Shown piece by piece: positions 9,090 to 17,805 of a stretch of 64,000 nt of DNA. Within the stretch, counting starts at the first letter, position 1; each line of letters starts with the position of its first letter. Where the stretch lies: sequence record AP019418.1; one strand, given 5' to 3'. The position numbers and the translations under genes are program-made. The notes under the pieces are model-generated. The model worked only from the letters and a program-made list of their open reading frames with translations. It did not search any database and was not told the origin of the DNA.

Positions 9090-10190
9090 TTAGAAACCTA
9101 CACGACTTGCTTTGCGTGGGCTACTGCAAGAACTAGTATTCAATGCTTCAGCTAAAGTAAGATTATTACCGACAAACTCAACTGGATCTAGACCATTAGC
9201 TAAACGAGCTGCAATCGCTTGTTCAGCAGTAAGTGTTTTGAAGGTAAGAATATCGAAAGCACGGCCAGGTCGAACTAAAGCTTCATCAACATCACGAAGA
9301 GTCGGAAGATTAGTAGAAATGATAATCTTGGTCTTAGTAGATACTAGACCAGCTGTAGCATTTAATAGCCCTGACATATTACTATTACCATCTACACGTT
9401 TAGCCACCATTTTATCAGAGTCTTCTGTAATAATGAGTGAATTATCCTCAACACCACGAATAAAATTAGTCAAACCGGCGTGGCCAAGTACATCATCTTG
9501 ATCAGCTAGATACACATTACGATCATTATAACCACGAGCCCGAATAATCTCATTGATATAATTAGACTTACCAGTGCCAGGAGGACCAATCAATAGTAGA
9601 ACATTAGATTCAGATGCAGCGAATTCAGTCCAGATTTCAGCTGGAGATCGATCTAGGAATGGATACATTTCCATCATATTTGGATTGTAGTTACGAACAG
9701 AAATAACTTCACTAAAGCTATATAGTTCATTATTTTGATAGTTAACCCGAATTCTTTTAATACTAGGTGGACGAGTCTGATCAAATACTTCTTCAAAACG
9801 TAATTTAAATACTTTGATCAGTTCTTCATTGGAGTATAATCTAAAGTTCTGACTAGTGGTACCTTCCATTCCATTCATTAGGAAACCAATGATTCCTTCA
9901 TCATCTAGTAATGCAAAACCACCACTAATTCTGAATGCTTTCAGATTTAAAGGGCTTATAACTTCATCACATAGTTTGTAAATTTGTTCTTTGATGAATT
10001 CTTTTCTATCAACTCCAAAAGGATAGTGAATACGTAGATCTTCACTATCTGAACTAATTCCCTGTTCATTAAGAGTATAGCGATATGCATTGGAAATTGC
10101 ACGGCCATTATCAACCTCCATAGCAATGGAGATAAAACGATCAATCCACTTCTGCTGGACTAACGTAAGTTTGCTATTACGATAATTCAT
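9090..10190 (-). CDS. AAA+ ATPase (phiKZ gp208-like)
   Basis: Walker A GPPGTGKS, Walker B IITEDSD, STN sensor, DEALVRPGR arginine finger. Confidence 0.92.
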   Translation of the reverse strand: MNYRNSKLTLVQQKWIDRFISIAMEVDNGRAISNAYRYTLNEQGISSDSEDLRIHYPFGVDRKEFIKEQIYKLCDEVISPLNLKAFRISGGFALLDDEGIIGFLMNGMEGTTSQNFRLYSNEELIKVFKLRFEEVFDQTRPPSIKRIRVNYQNNELYSFSEVISVRNYNPNMMEMYPFLDRSPAEIWTEFAASESNVLLLIGPPGTGKSNYINEIIRARGYNDRNVYLADQDDVLGHAGLTNFIRGVEDNSLIITEDSDKMVAKRVDGNSNMSGLLNATAGLVSTKTKIIISTNLPTLRDVDEALVRPGRAFDILTFKTLTAEQAIAARLANGLDPVEFVGNNLTLAEALNTSSCSSPRKASRVGF

Positions 10191-10232
10191 TTGATGTTCC
10201 TTTTCTAATTGATAATCTAATTTGAGACGATA

Positions 10233-10260
10233 TAAACCCTCCTACTAAGAGGAGGGTTTA
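10233..10260 (-). terminator. Intrinsic terminator
   Basis: TAAACCCTCCT-ACTAAG-AGGAGGGTTTA. Confidence 0.8.
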
Positions 10261-10293
10261 TTTTGGCTATTATAACTAATTCATTTGAGAAAA

Positions 10294-10947
10294 TTAATTA
10301 TTATATTCATCCATCAATTCAGGTAGACGGCTATCTCTAGGATCTAAGATTTCAGACCAATCAATTGGCATATATGGCTCATCAGATTCATTTTTATTTA
10401 ACCATTCTTCTAGTCTCTTTACATCATCGGACCAGTATAGGTTATACATAGTTGGCACATTTGCATCTAATGCCAACTGCCACGCTGTATTAGTACCACC
10501 ACTAATTACAGAGGTTGGTGTCTTTTGTTCACCGTATGCAATAATAGTTGAAACAGGTTCACGTAAAGTATGGCCATGAATTTGAAATACATTACGAGTA
10601 TGTAGTTCAATACCTGTTCTACCTAAACCATTGAAACTTCCCCGAGCTGCACAGGCCATTGCCATAGCTGTGGGAATGGTATCAGTATATACGGAGGCAT
10701 CATGAAACCACGCTAGATTCTCAATTCGTCTTCCAAGAAATCCATTTCGAATAATGTAAATACGACTTTCTACTGTATCCCATTTATCAGACTGAATTGC
10801 ACCATACCAACCAGCTCTATCTGATCCATATGCATCGCCTGATGAAATACCTATACCTAGATCAACAAATGTTCTTCCTGCGCGTATCATCAATTCTAGG
10901 GCCCATGTAGGGGCATAGCGACTACCGACAATAGCTGTCATTGCCAT
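10294..10947 (-). CDS. SLOG-superfamily (DprA/Smf/YspA-like) nucleotide-binding protein
   Basis: IVGSR at the N-terminus, ISSGDAYGSD (SGxAxGxD), SGGTNTA. Confidence 0.75.
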   Translation of the reverse strand: MAMTAIVGSRYAPTWALELMIRAGRTFVDLGIGISSGDAYGSDRAGWYGAIQSDKWDTVESRIYIIRNGFLGRRIENLAWFHDASVYTDTIPTAMAMACAARGSFNGLGRTGIELHTRNVFQIHGHTLREPVSTIIAYGEQKTPTSVISGGTNTAWQLALDANVPTMYNLYWSDDVKRLEEWLNKNESDEPYMPIDWSEILDPRDSRLPELMDEYNN

Positions 10948-11657
10948 TATCTAACCCTCATTAGAAGACGGATATCACCGTACTTAAGAACGGCATTTCG
11001 GACTTGATAAATAAAAGGTTTAAATTCTTTTCGCTGTTGATCAGCCGTGAGTGTATAAGTTACTTTGATAGGTTCATTAGGAACATTGCAGAAAGATAGA
11101 TAACGCGATACTCGACGTAGATTACGTAGGTGATTCTTACCACATTTAGGCCCGACTCGTTGTAACCGACCGTCGATAACCTTCCAATCATAATTAGCTT
11201 TAAGGTTTAGAGAATAAAAACTTTCAGTTAAATTCTTATAATACTGTAATTGTTTTTGAGAGATTTTATTAATTTTTGGTTCATCTGTTACAAGACGTGG
11301 GCTATACCGTGAATAGCAATCTGGTTCTGACATACGATCCCAGGACATATAAGTATATAGACTCATATATACTGTTTTAGTAACTGGTTTAAGCTCACTC
11401 ATACCTTTTAGAATAGCTTCACCACTAATCCATGCATCACAGCGTGGATCATCATCATAACTACTCCACCATTCTGGTTTCTTTTTCAGATCATCAGGAA
11501 CACCATTATGGTAAGCAAATGGTTTTACATCCCAATAATTGCGAATATCAAGTAGATATGCATAAAGATCATAATTCTGTGTTAGTTCAATATCTTCGAT
11601 ACCAATCCATTCATTATTTACTTTAGCTTGAGTTTCTAAATATACATAATCACCCAT
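10947..11657 (-). CDS. Hypothetical phage protein (236 aa)
   Basis: ORF coupled to the SLOG gene by a 1-nt overlap. Confidence 0.85.
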   Translation of the reverse strand: MGDYVYLETQAKVNNEWIGIEDIELTQNYDLYAYLLDIRNYWDVKPFAYHNGVPDDLKKKPEWWSSYDDDPRCDAWISGEAILKGMSELKPVTKTVYMSLYTYMSWDRMSEPDCYSRYSPRLVTDEPKINKISQKQLQYYKNLTESFYSLNLKANYDWKVIDGRLQRVGPKCGKNHLRNLRRVSRYLSFCNVPNEPIKVTYTLTADQQRKEFKPFIYQVRNAVLKYGDIRLLMRVR

Positions 11658-11861
11658 TTTCTTTATTTCCTGTATTAGATTAATATAAATGTTTTATAAC
11701 AACTATTTCAATATTGAATAACGTATTATTGGTTGTTTTAATTTACTACTCAACCTGATAATGTGTAATACGTCTATCTATATATCTCTTTTCTCTGGTG
11801 AAGAGCATTAGCATTATTCCAAGGTAGAGTCCTTATTCTATTAAACATATAAGTAAATAAT

Positions 11862-11883
11862 CCCTCCCCAATAAAGGGGAGGG
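11862..11883 (-). terminator. Intrinsic terminator
   Basis: CCCTCCCC-AATAAA-GGGGAGGG after the 11900 stop. Confidence 0.8.
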
Positions 11884-11899
11884 TATATGTTATCTTAAT

Positions 11900-12301
11900 T
11901 CATGCTTTTGAAAGATCATATTTAATAGCTTCATCTTTCATAGGAGTTAATACAATAGTCACTTTTTCAAAACCATGTATATCCCTACCATTATAAGAAA
12001 TATCAATACTCTCCCAATCCTGGTTAACTACTTCAGCATGAAGAATATTTTTAATATTGATAGCATCTGTTTTATCAAACCATTTAAAAACCTTTGGGTT
12101 AAATACAAGTTCGAAAGTAGTTTGATATGGATAGCTTTTCTGTTTAACAAGCCTACTAGATGCTAGTGATGTATTCTCAATGTTTCGAATAACATCAATC
12201 ATTGCTTTACGGATAGTAAGTAATTTACTTTTCAGAACCAAATCAATAAATGCTGGATCAGTTGTCATTACTTCTTTTACAGATGGAAATGTGATTTCCA
12301 T
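11900..12301 (-). CDS. Hypothetical protein (133 aa), probable paralog of 12466-12861
   Basis: GAGGA RBS; shares FPSxxxxT/S and AIxxxxxxxxxx(G/D)(Y/W) patterns. Confidence 0.8.
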   Translation of the reverse strand: MEITFPSVKEVMTTDPAFIDLVLKSKLLTIRKAMIDVIRNIENTSLASSRLVKQKSYPYQTTFELVFNPKVFKWFDKTDAINIKNILHAEVVNQDWESIDISYNGRDIHGFEKVTIVLTPMKDEAIKYDLSKA

Positions 12302-12317
12302 AGCATCCTCTTATAGG

Positions 12318-12494
12318 TTAATTATTAAAAGATAAATCATAATCACTTTGTCTGCGATTCGGATTAACAGGATCAGGATATTTTCCAGTTTTGATAACTT
12401 CTTTTATAGCTCTAAAATCACGTTCTAGAAAATCTAGTTTTTTAACTAACTCTTTTTCTAATTCTTTATTGAGTAGTCTTCTTAATTTGCTCAT
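12318..12494 (-). CDS. Small coiled-coil protein (MSKLRRLLNKELEKELVKKLDFLERDFRAIKEVIKTGKYPDPVNPNRRQSDYDLSFNN, 58 aa)
   Basis: Translated by hand; fills the apparent 165-bp gap and overlaps the upstream gene by 29 nt. Confidence 0.6.
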   Translation of the reverse strand: MSKLRRLLNKELEKELVKKLDFLERDFRAIKEVIKTGKYPDPVNPNRRQSDYDLSFNN

Positions 12495-12861
12495 CTACGT
12501 ATACTCTTACAATGAACCAATTGATTAGGCCAAAACCTTTTGGTGTGATGGTAATGTCATCTTTATATCCATTTTTAGTGATTACATTACGTAATACTTT
12601 AATTGCTTCAGGTGGAATAAGATTAGCATTACCGGTAACACTATACTCGAAATAATAACCTACACCTGGTAAATAACCTGATGCAATCTGGTTAGTACCT
12701 GTGATATTACTAACGTGTTGGAAGTCACTAAAAGCATTCTTGTAGAATAACAAAATATTAGGAATTACTTCATCCCTAATAGTAGAACTAGTAATGGCAT
12801 CCGCCGATGGAAAATAAGGTACTAATTCATCTGTTACATTGGTGCTATTAATATCGGACAT
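12466..12861 (-). CDS. Hypothetical early protein (131 aa)
   Basis: GAGGA RBS, early promoter directly upstream. Confidence 0.85.
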   Translation of the reverse strand: MSDINSTNVTDELVPYFPSADAITSSTIRDEVIPNILLFYKNAFSDFQHVSNITGTNQIASGYLPGVGYYFEYSVTGNANLIPPEAIKVLRNVITKNGYKDDITITPKGFGLINWFIVRVYVDEQIKKTTQ

Positions 12862-12907
12862 AATCTTTTCCTCATTATAAAAGGATAAATATCTTTATGG
12901 TAATCCT

Positions 12908-12925
12908 GTAATATAGATTTAAATT
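12908..12925 (-). promoter_or_regulatory. Early promoter (TATATTAC)
   Basis: GTAATATA at 12908-12915 on plus; minus strand reads TTTAAATCTATATTAC, matching the phiKZ early consensus. Confidence 0.75.
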
Positions 12926-12943
12926 AATTTATAATGAATGACA

Positions 12944-12970
12944 TAAAGGAGCCCCTGGTGGGCTCCTTTA
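12944..12970 (-). terminator. Intrinsic terminator closing a minus-strand non-coding transcript
   Basis: TAAAGGAGCCC-CTGGT-GGGCTCCTTTA; no protein gene ends here on either strand. Confidence 0.8.
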
Positions 12971-13145
12971 ATGTAATAGGTCCGACCCCTATCTAGAGGT
13001 CGGTGAGTAGCAAGGCACCGTAGTTGGGGTTCGTGTCGTTCCTGACGATACTTTAGTACCCCGGTTTATTTACGACTGGATCACCCCCTTAAAGTGCAGT
13101 GCGTTTTACGCAAACTGCCTTGCTCTATATCATTGCACTGTGCGT
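12971..13145 (-). ncRNA. Candidate structured ncRNA complementary to the host 16S rRNA 3' end (strand uncertain)
   Basis: Locally GC-rich, ORF-less, several stems; 13071-13091 and 13007-13023 match 16S nt 1522-1542 and 1497-1514 (E. coli numbering, 16S sequence from memory). Confidence 0.65.
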
Positions 13146-13211
13146 ATTTTTATTCGTTAGCTAATCTTATGACTTAGAGTTATATTTACATACCCCTTAA
13201 GGAAAAATGCA

Positions 13212-15323
13212 ATGATAGACTCATTTAGGAAGCTAATGGGCTCGCTATCAATTACTGAAACTGATCAAGAAATTATCATCAGTGGTTTTGATGGTGCTGC
13301 ATTCATTAGAGATATTAACAAGTATTGGCGAACCACTAAATTAGCTACGCAGTTATTTAACACGGTTAGTCGTCGTAGTATTTCATTTTATAAATTCTTT
13401 GCTCCTGAAATATATTACATGCTAGAAGCAGTAAAGAATTATAGAAGTAGATACATCTCTATTAAAACTGTTAATGCCATCCGTGAAGCAATGCTTCAAT
13501 ATACCTGGTTAAAAAATACTCGTCCTGTAGATACCAACTCTGTACCAGGTAGACTCAATTTCAAGATGTTAGACAAATTGACATTTACACCAGATGAGTC
13601 TCAAAAAGCTTATTTTGAAAATTATAATTATCGAATTGACCAGTATGGTTTACGTGGTGATATTGTTGCAGGTAAACCTGGTACTGGTAAGACATTCATG
13701 ACGATGGCTATTGCTGAAATGGTTGAGTCGGATATCATTATAGTTGTTTGTGAAAAGAAGTCTATTGATCTAATATGGAAGCCATCTATTATTGAGATGT
13801 ATAAGGAAAGACAAAAAGTATGGTCGACCATTGATGATAAAGCCTACAACGGTCAAAGAATACTTATATCCCATTACCAGGCGCAAGATAAAATAATTGA
13901 TCTATTAAGAAGCGGTATATTCAAAGGTAAGAGCATTACGGTGATTCTGGATGAATCACACAATATGAACGATCCTAATTCTGCACAATCTCTTAAGTTC
14001 CAGCAAATATGTTTTATGTCTAACTCTAATAACAGATTATTAGCGTCAGGTACCCCTGTTAAAGCACTTGGTTCTGAATTAGTAAGTGCATTAAGAGTAT
14101 TAGACGATCTCTTCACCAATGAGGTTGAAGAACGTTTTAAGAAAGCATTTGGAAAAGAGACACAGAAAGGATTAGATATTGTCCAACATCGCTTTGGGTT
14201 AATTGCGTACGTCATTGAAAAGAAAGATACTGAGGTTTTACCACCGAGGATAAAAGCGTATCGTATCAAGATACCAAATGGATCACAGTATACTCTTAAT
14301 GCCATTAAACGTGATTGTGAAGCTTTTATTAGAGAACGTGTAAAGTTCTATGCTGCGCGCCGACCAGAAGATGAGAAGTATTGGGCTAAACTAATGGCGA
14401 TACACGAGAACTCTCTTAAGACCCAGGCGCAGAAAGATGGTTTCGCTCGCTATAAGAATTTGATTAAAATAATTCAGAAGAATCAAGACCCGCGATACAT
14501 TGGTGAAGAAATTAAAGAATCTAACCAATATGAAAAAATGTTTATAGAGCCAACTTTACCTCGTAATGAAATAGCTGCTTTTAGAGATATTAAATCAGTT
14601 ATAAAATACGTTATGCTAAAGATACAAGGTGAATGTTTGGGAAGGGTTTTAGGTGCTAAACGCATTCAGTGCCATGTGGACATGGTACCGTATATTGACT
14701 GGGTTGGTATCACTGAATCAACTATGAAGAAAACGATTGCATTTACATCGTTTGTTGAGGTTGTTGATACTGTTGATAAGTACACCAATAAATTAGGTAT
14801 GCATCCGGCGGTGGTGTATGGTAAAACCAATGACAATTTACCTCAAATAATCAGTAGATTTGAGAAAGACCCTAAATTAAATCCATTGGTAGCTACATAT
14901 GCTTCCCTTTCAACAGCGGTCCGTATGACGATGGCTGATACTATGGTGACAATTAATTCACCGTTTAGGCATTACATTCTAGAACAAGCTATTGCTCGAA
15001 TTTACCGTAAAGGTCAGGATTCACAAACAGTCGTATATCAATGTACTCTCGATACAGAAGATGAACCGAATATCTCAACAAGGTCAGATGACATTCTAAA
15101 ATGGAGTCAGGCAATGGTTGAAGCTATTATGGGTATTAAATCTCCATTTGAGATCACAGAGTCATTAGAAAGTTATGTTGATAAAAATAATAATTTTGAT
15201 GAAAATAAAATCATTTATCAGATGCTAAAAGAATCATTTGAGAAGTATGATATCGCAATTGATTTTAATGACTTTGATACACGTATGTATAAACCATATC
15301 AGCCCGCATATATGCGGTTTTAA
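13212..15323 (+). CDS. SF2 (SNF2/DEXH-like) helicase, phiKZ gp203-like
   Basis: GKPGTGKT, ILDESH, ASGTP, EQAIARIYRKGQ motifs. Confidence 0.92.
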   Translation: MIDSFRKLMGSLSITETDQEIIISGFDGAAFIRDINKYWRTTKLATQLFNTVSRRSISFYKFFAPEIYYMLEAVKNYRSRYISIKTVNAIREAMLQYTWLKNTRPVDTNSVPGRLNFKMLDKLTFTPDESQKAYFENYNYRIDQYGLRGDIVAGKPGTGKTFMTMAIAEMVESDIIIVVCEKKSIDLIWKPSIIEMYKERQKVWSTIDDKAYNGQRILISHYQAQDKIIDLLRSGIFKGKSITVILDESHNMNDPNSAQSLKFQQICFMSNSNNRLLASGTPVKALGSELVSALRVLDDLFTNEVEERFKKAFGKETQKGLDIVQHRFGLIAYVIEKKDTEVLPPRIKAYRIKIPNGSQYTLNAIKRDCEAFIRERVKFYAARRPEDEKYWAKLMAIHENSLKTQAQKDGFARYKNLIKIIQKNQDPRYIGEEIKESNQYEKMFIEPTLPRNEIAAFRDIKSVIKYVMLKIQGECLGRVLGAKRIQCHVDMVPYIDWVGITESTMKKTIAFTSFVEVVDTVDKYTNKLGMHPAVVYGKTNDNLPQIISRFEKDPKLNPLVATYASLSTAVRMTMADTMVTINSPFRHYILEQAIARIYRKGQDSQTVVYQCTLDTEDEPNISTRSDDILKWSQAMVEAIMGIKSPFEITESLESYVDKNNNFDENKIIYQMLKESFEKYDIAIDFNDFDTRMYKPYQPAYMRF

Positions 15324-15334
15324 AGGAGACAGAA

Positions 15335-15805
15335 ATGTCTGATCCACATTCATCTAATACTGGTGAAGATCTTATTCTTGGGCCTGAAGCCACCAGTGAA
15401 GAAATGTATAATGCGATTTTAAGGTGGGTTGACAAAGTAACAACCATCCTAGAATCTGGTGGTGGCCCTGGTCCAGGTCCTAGTACTGGTTTAAAACCAA
15501 TTCTATTTCAAACTGGTACATTAAACCCAGGAGATGTAGTTACTTATGATCTTTCCAAAGTTATTACTTCTATGGGTGATTATACTCTGGCTACAGCCAT
15601 CGTTGATCTCAAGATTATCGACCCTGAAACTACTAGTCCTACTAGTGGTAAGCTTATTAGCGCTTCTGCTAGTATTGGTTGGGATCTCGATTCATCTACA
15701 GGGATTTTAAATATCCGTGGGTATAGCCTGTCTGTACCAATCACTTATTATATTCGAGTTGACTCACCTATTAAGACGGCTGATATTCCCGTGTATACCC
15801 CGTAA
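15335..15805 (+). CDS. Probable virion structural protein (gp202-like, 156 aa)
   Basis: GGAG RBS; GGGPGPGP linker followed by a beta-rich domain; co-transcribed with the next gene. Confidence 0.7.
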   Translation: MSDPHSSNTGEDLILGPEATSEEMYNAILRWVDKVTTILESGGGPGPGPSTGLKPILFQTGTLNPGDVVTYDLSKVITSMGDYTLATAIVDLKIIDPETTSPTSGKLISASASIGWDLDSSTGILNIRGYSLSVPITYYIRVDSPIKTADIPVYTP

Positions 15806-15815
15806 GGAGTGAGAA

Positions 15816-17765
15816 ATGCCTTCTATTGTCCCGTCGCAAGTGCCGGGTCCTGTGGCACTAAACTCTAAAGTTAAATTTAACTTTAGTTCAGATATTCAGA
15901 AGGTGTATTATACAGTGAGCCCGGAGTTACCTCCGGTGCTCTCTGAATACATTGCTTATGATGGTGACCCTGCAACAGGTGGTAGTCCATTTATTGCTGT
16001 TGTGCAAGATGGCACTGGTAATGTTCTTTATGATTGTAGTTTTCCAAAATTCTATAATTTAAACTATGATACTTACCAAATTCCGGCTAATACAACAAAC
16101 CCTCAAGATCTATGGGGATGGGTAAGATATTTTTATAATGCTATTGGGTTTATTAGGAATGGTAGTAAGTACGAATCAACTGGAAAGAAATTCTTAGTAA
16201 TCACAGATAGTAATCCTAGTGAACCTTATTCAGTCCTCAATACGTCAGGTAATGGTTTTAAAAAGATACTAGATACGGCTGCTCGTGTACAAGATTCTAC
16301 CTATGATGTTTATTACCCAGAAATGATGGGTGGCACAGTAGACCTTACTTTAACAGATCTTAATAAGTATTATGCATGTATTCTATTCTCTACTAAAGAT
16401 CATAATACTGGTGCATTAACTCCTGAAAGAGTGAGTCAGGCGACTATTGATAATCTAGCTACTTGGCGTAAATCGGGTAATGGTATCTTTGTTATAACTG
16501 ATTCTGCTTCAAGAGATTACACTAATATTGAAGATGCTAAAGAAAATAATGGTAGTTTTGCATTTACCGCTAATAGACTAGCCTTTAATTTTGGTTCTTA
16601 TTTCTCTGGTGTTGTTGATAGGTCAGATGTTCAATATACTGTAAATCAGATGCTAAGCTGGTCACCAAAAGCTGCATCATCTGGTTTGTTTACAGGTATG
16701 AATAAATCTATTGGTAATGGTCAAGTAACTGACTTTGTTATCAAAGGTGATTCAAGTGAAAGTGAGATTAAGCTTGTTACTTTCCCAGCGTATAACAAAG
16801 AAGATATTCCTGAATTTACCTTCGATCATACTGGCGAGTACATTTACAATTTTCTTTGTACGACATCTGAAAATCCTAATAAACCGTATGCTATTTCATT
16901 TAGATTCCAAGTTGGTGTAGATGATGGTATCTTTGTTGCACGTGATAATGGCCAAGCTATTGATACTACTCAGATACTAACAGCTAAGCGTTATTTTGAT
17001 CTTAATCTAGGTTACTCAAATGGCACTGACCATCAGGACTATTTAGGTGATATTCAAATAAATGGCTATTTAGTTGGATCATTCTTATTTAGTCAGGGCA
17101 TTACTCAGTGGGATCTGATAACTCATGGATCAACTCTTTTAATCCATGATAATGATCAGATACGTATTAACGTACGTGTACCTTATACTTACACAATGCA
17201 GCATCAAGTGGTACTTAGTTCAAAACCTGCTTCTCTTTATAATGAAGCATCCCTTATAGGTACAATGGCATGGGATGATTATAAAGGGATAAGTAAAGCT
17301 AAAATTTATGAATATATTAATCTTAGCATGACCAAGTATATGTATCGTGTAGCGAATGCATATAAGAATAACATTAATATAAAACCAATAGTATTGACTG
17401 CATTACGTCGTACATTCCTTGGTGAGACATTGAATACAGCTAATGTATATGTTTATGATAATAACTCCACATGGGGTAAACTATCACAACGTGTCCAGAA
17501 CGGACGACATGGTGATATTGTTATCTTTGCAGATACTTCTAAAGTTGTCCAGTATGATGAACTGGCTTCAACACCTGGCTGGTATGTAATGAAAGATCCA
17601 GGATTAGCTGATGTAACAGTAGCTAAACTAGTTCCATTCTTTGGAAATAACCGAGCTATTAAAAATAGGTTAAAGACTGGTGACATTCTTGATGAGACCA
17701 CTGGTCAACCAATTTCTTTCCATGCTAATTGGAAAATAGAAAATGATAAACTTGTAAAAGTTTAA
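15816..17765 (+). CDS. Probable virion structural protein (gp201-like, 649 aa), multi-domain
   Basis: GGAG RBS; central alpha/beta region (FLVITD...CILFST...GNGIFVITD) resembles class I glutamine-amidotransferase-like folds. Confidence 0.7.
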   Translation: MPSIVPSQVPGPVALNSKVKFNFSSDIQKVYYTVSPELPPVLSEYIAYDGDPATGGSPFIAVVQDGTGNVLYDCSFPKFYNLNYDTYQIPANTTNPQDLWGWVRYFYNAIGFIRNGSKYESTGKKFLVITDSNPSEPYSVLNTSGNGFKKILDTAARVQDSTYDVYYPEMMGGTVDLTLTDLNKYYACILFSTKDHNTGALTPERVSQATIDNLATWRKSGNGIFVITDSASRDYTNIEDAKENNGSFAFTANRLAFNFGSYFSGVVDRSDVQYTVNQMLSWSPKAASSGLFTGMNKSIGNGQVTDFVIKGDSSESEIKLVTFPAYNKEDIPEFTFDHTGEYIYNFLCTTSENPNKPYAISFRFQVGVDDGIFVARDNGQAIDTTQILTAKRYFDLNLGYSNGTDHQDYLGDIQINGYLVGSFLFSQGITQWDLITHGSTLLIHDNDQIRINVRVPYTYTMQHQVVLSSKPASLYNEASLIGTMAWDDYKGISKAKIYEYINLSMTKYMYRVANAYKNNINIKPIVLTALRRTFLGETLNTANVYVYDNNSTWGKLSQRVQNGRHGDIVIFADTSKVVQYDELASTPGWYVMKDPGLADVTVAKLVPFFGNNRAIKNRLKTGDILDETTGQPISFHANWKIENDKLVKV

Positions 17766-17768
17766 CGG

Positions 17769-17800
17769 CATAAGCCCTCCCGCAATGGGAGGGCATTATG
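17769..17800. terminator. Bidirectional terminator, conserved palindrome family
   Basis: CATAAGCCCTCCC-GCAAT-GGGAGGGCATTATG between convergent genes. Confidence 0.85.
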
Positions 17801-17805
17801 TTGTT

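Noticed and set aside
13084-13091. TAAGGGGG on the minus strand read as the RBS of a small gene
   Set aside because: No AUG, GUG or UUG at workable spacing downstream, so it is treated as part of the ncRNA candidate
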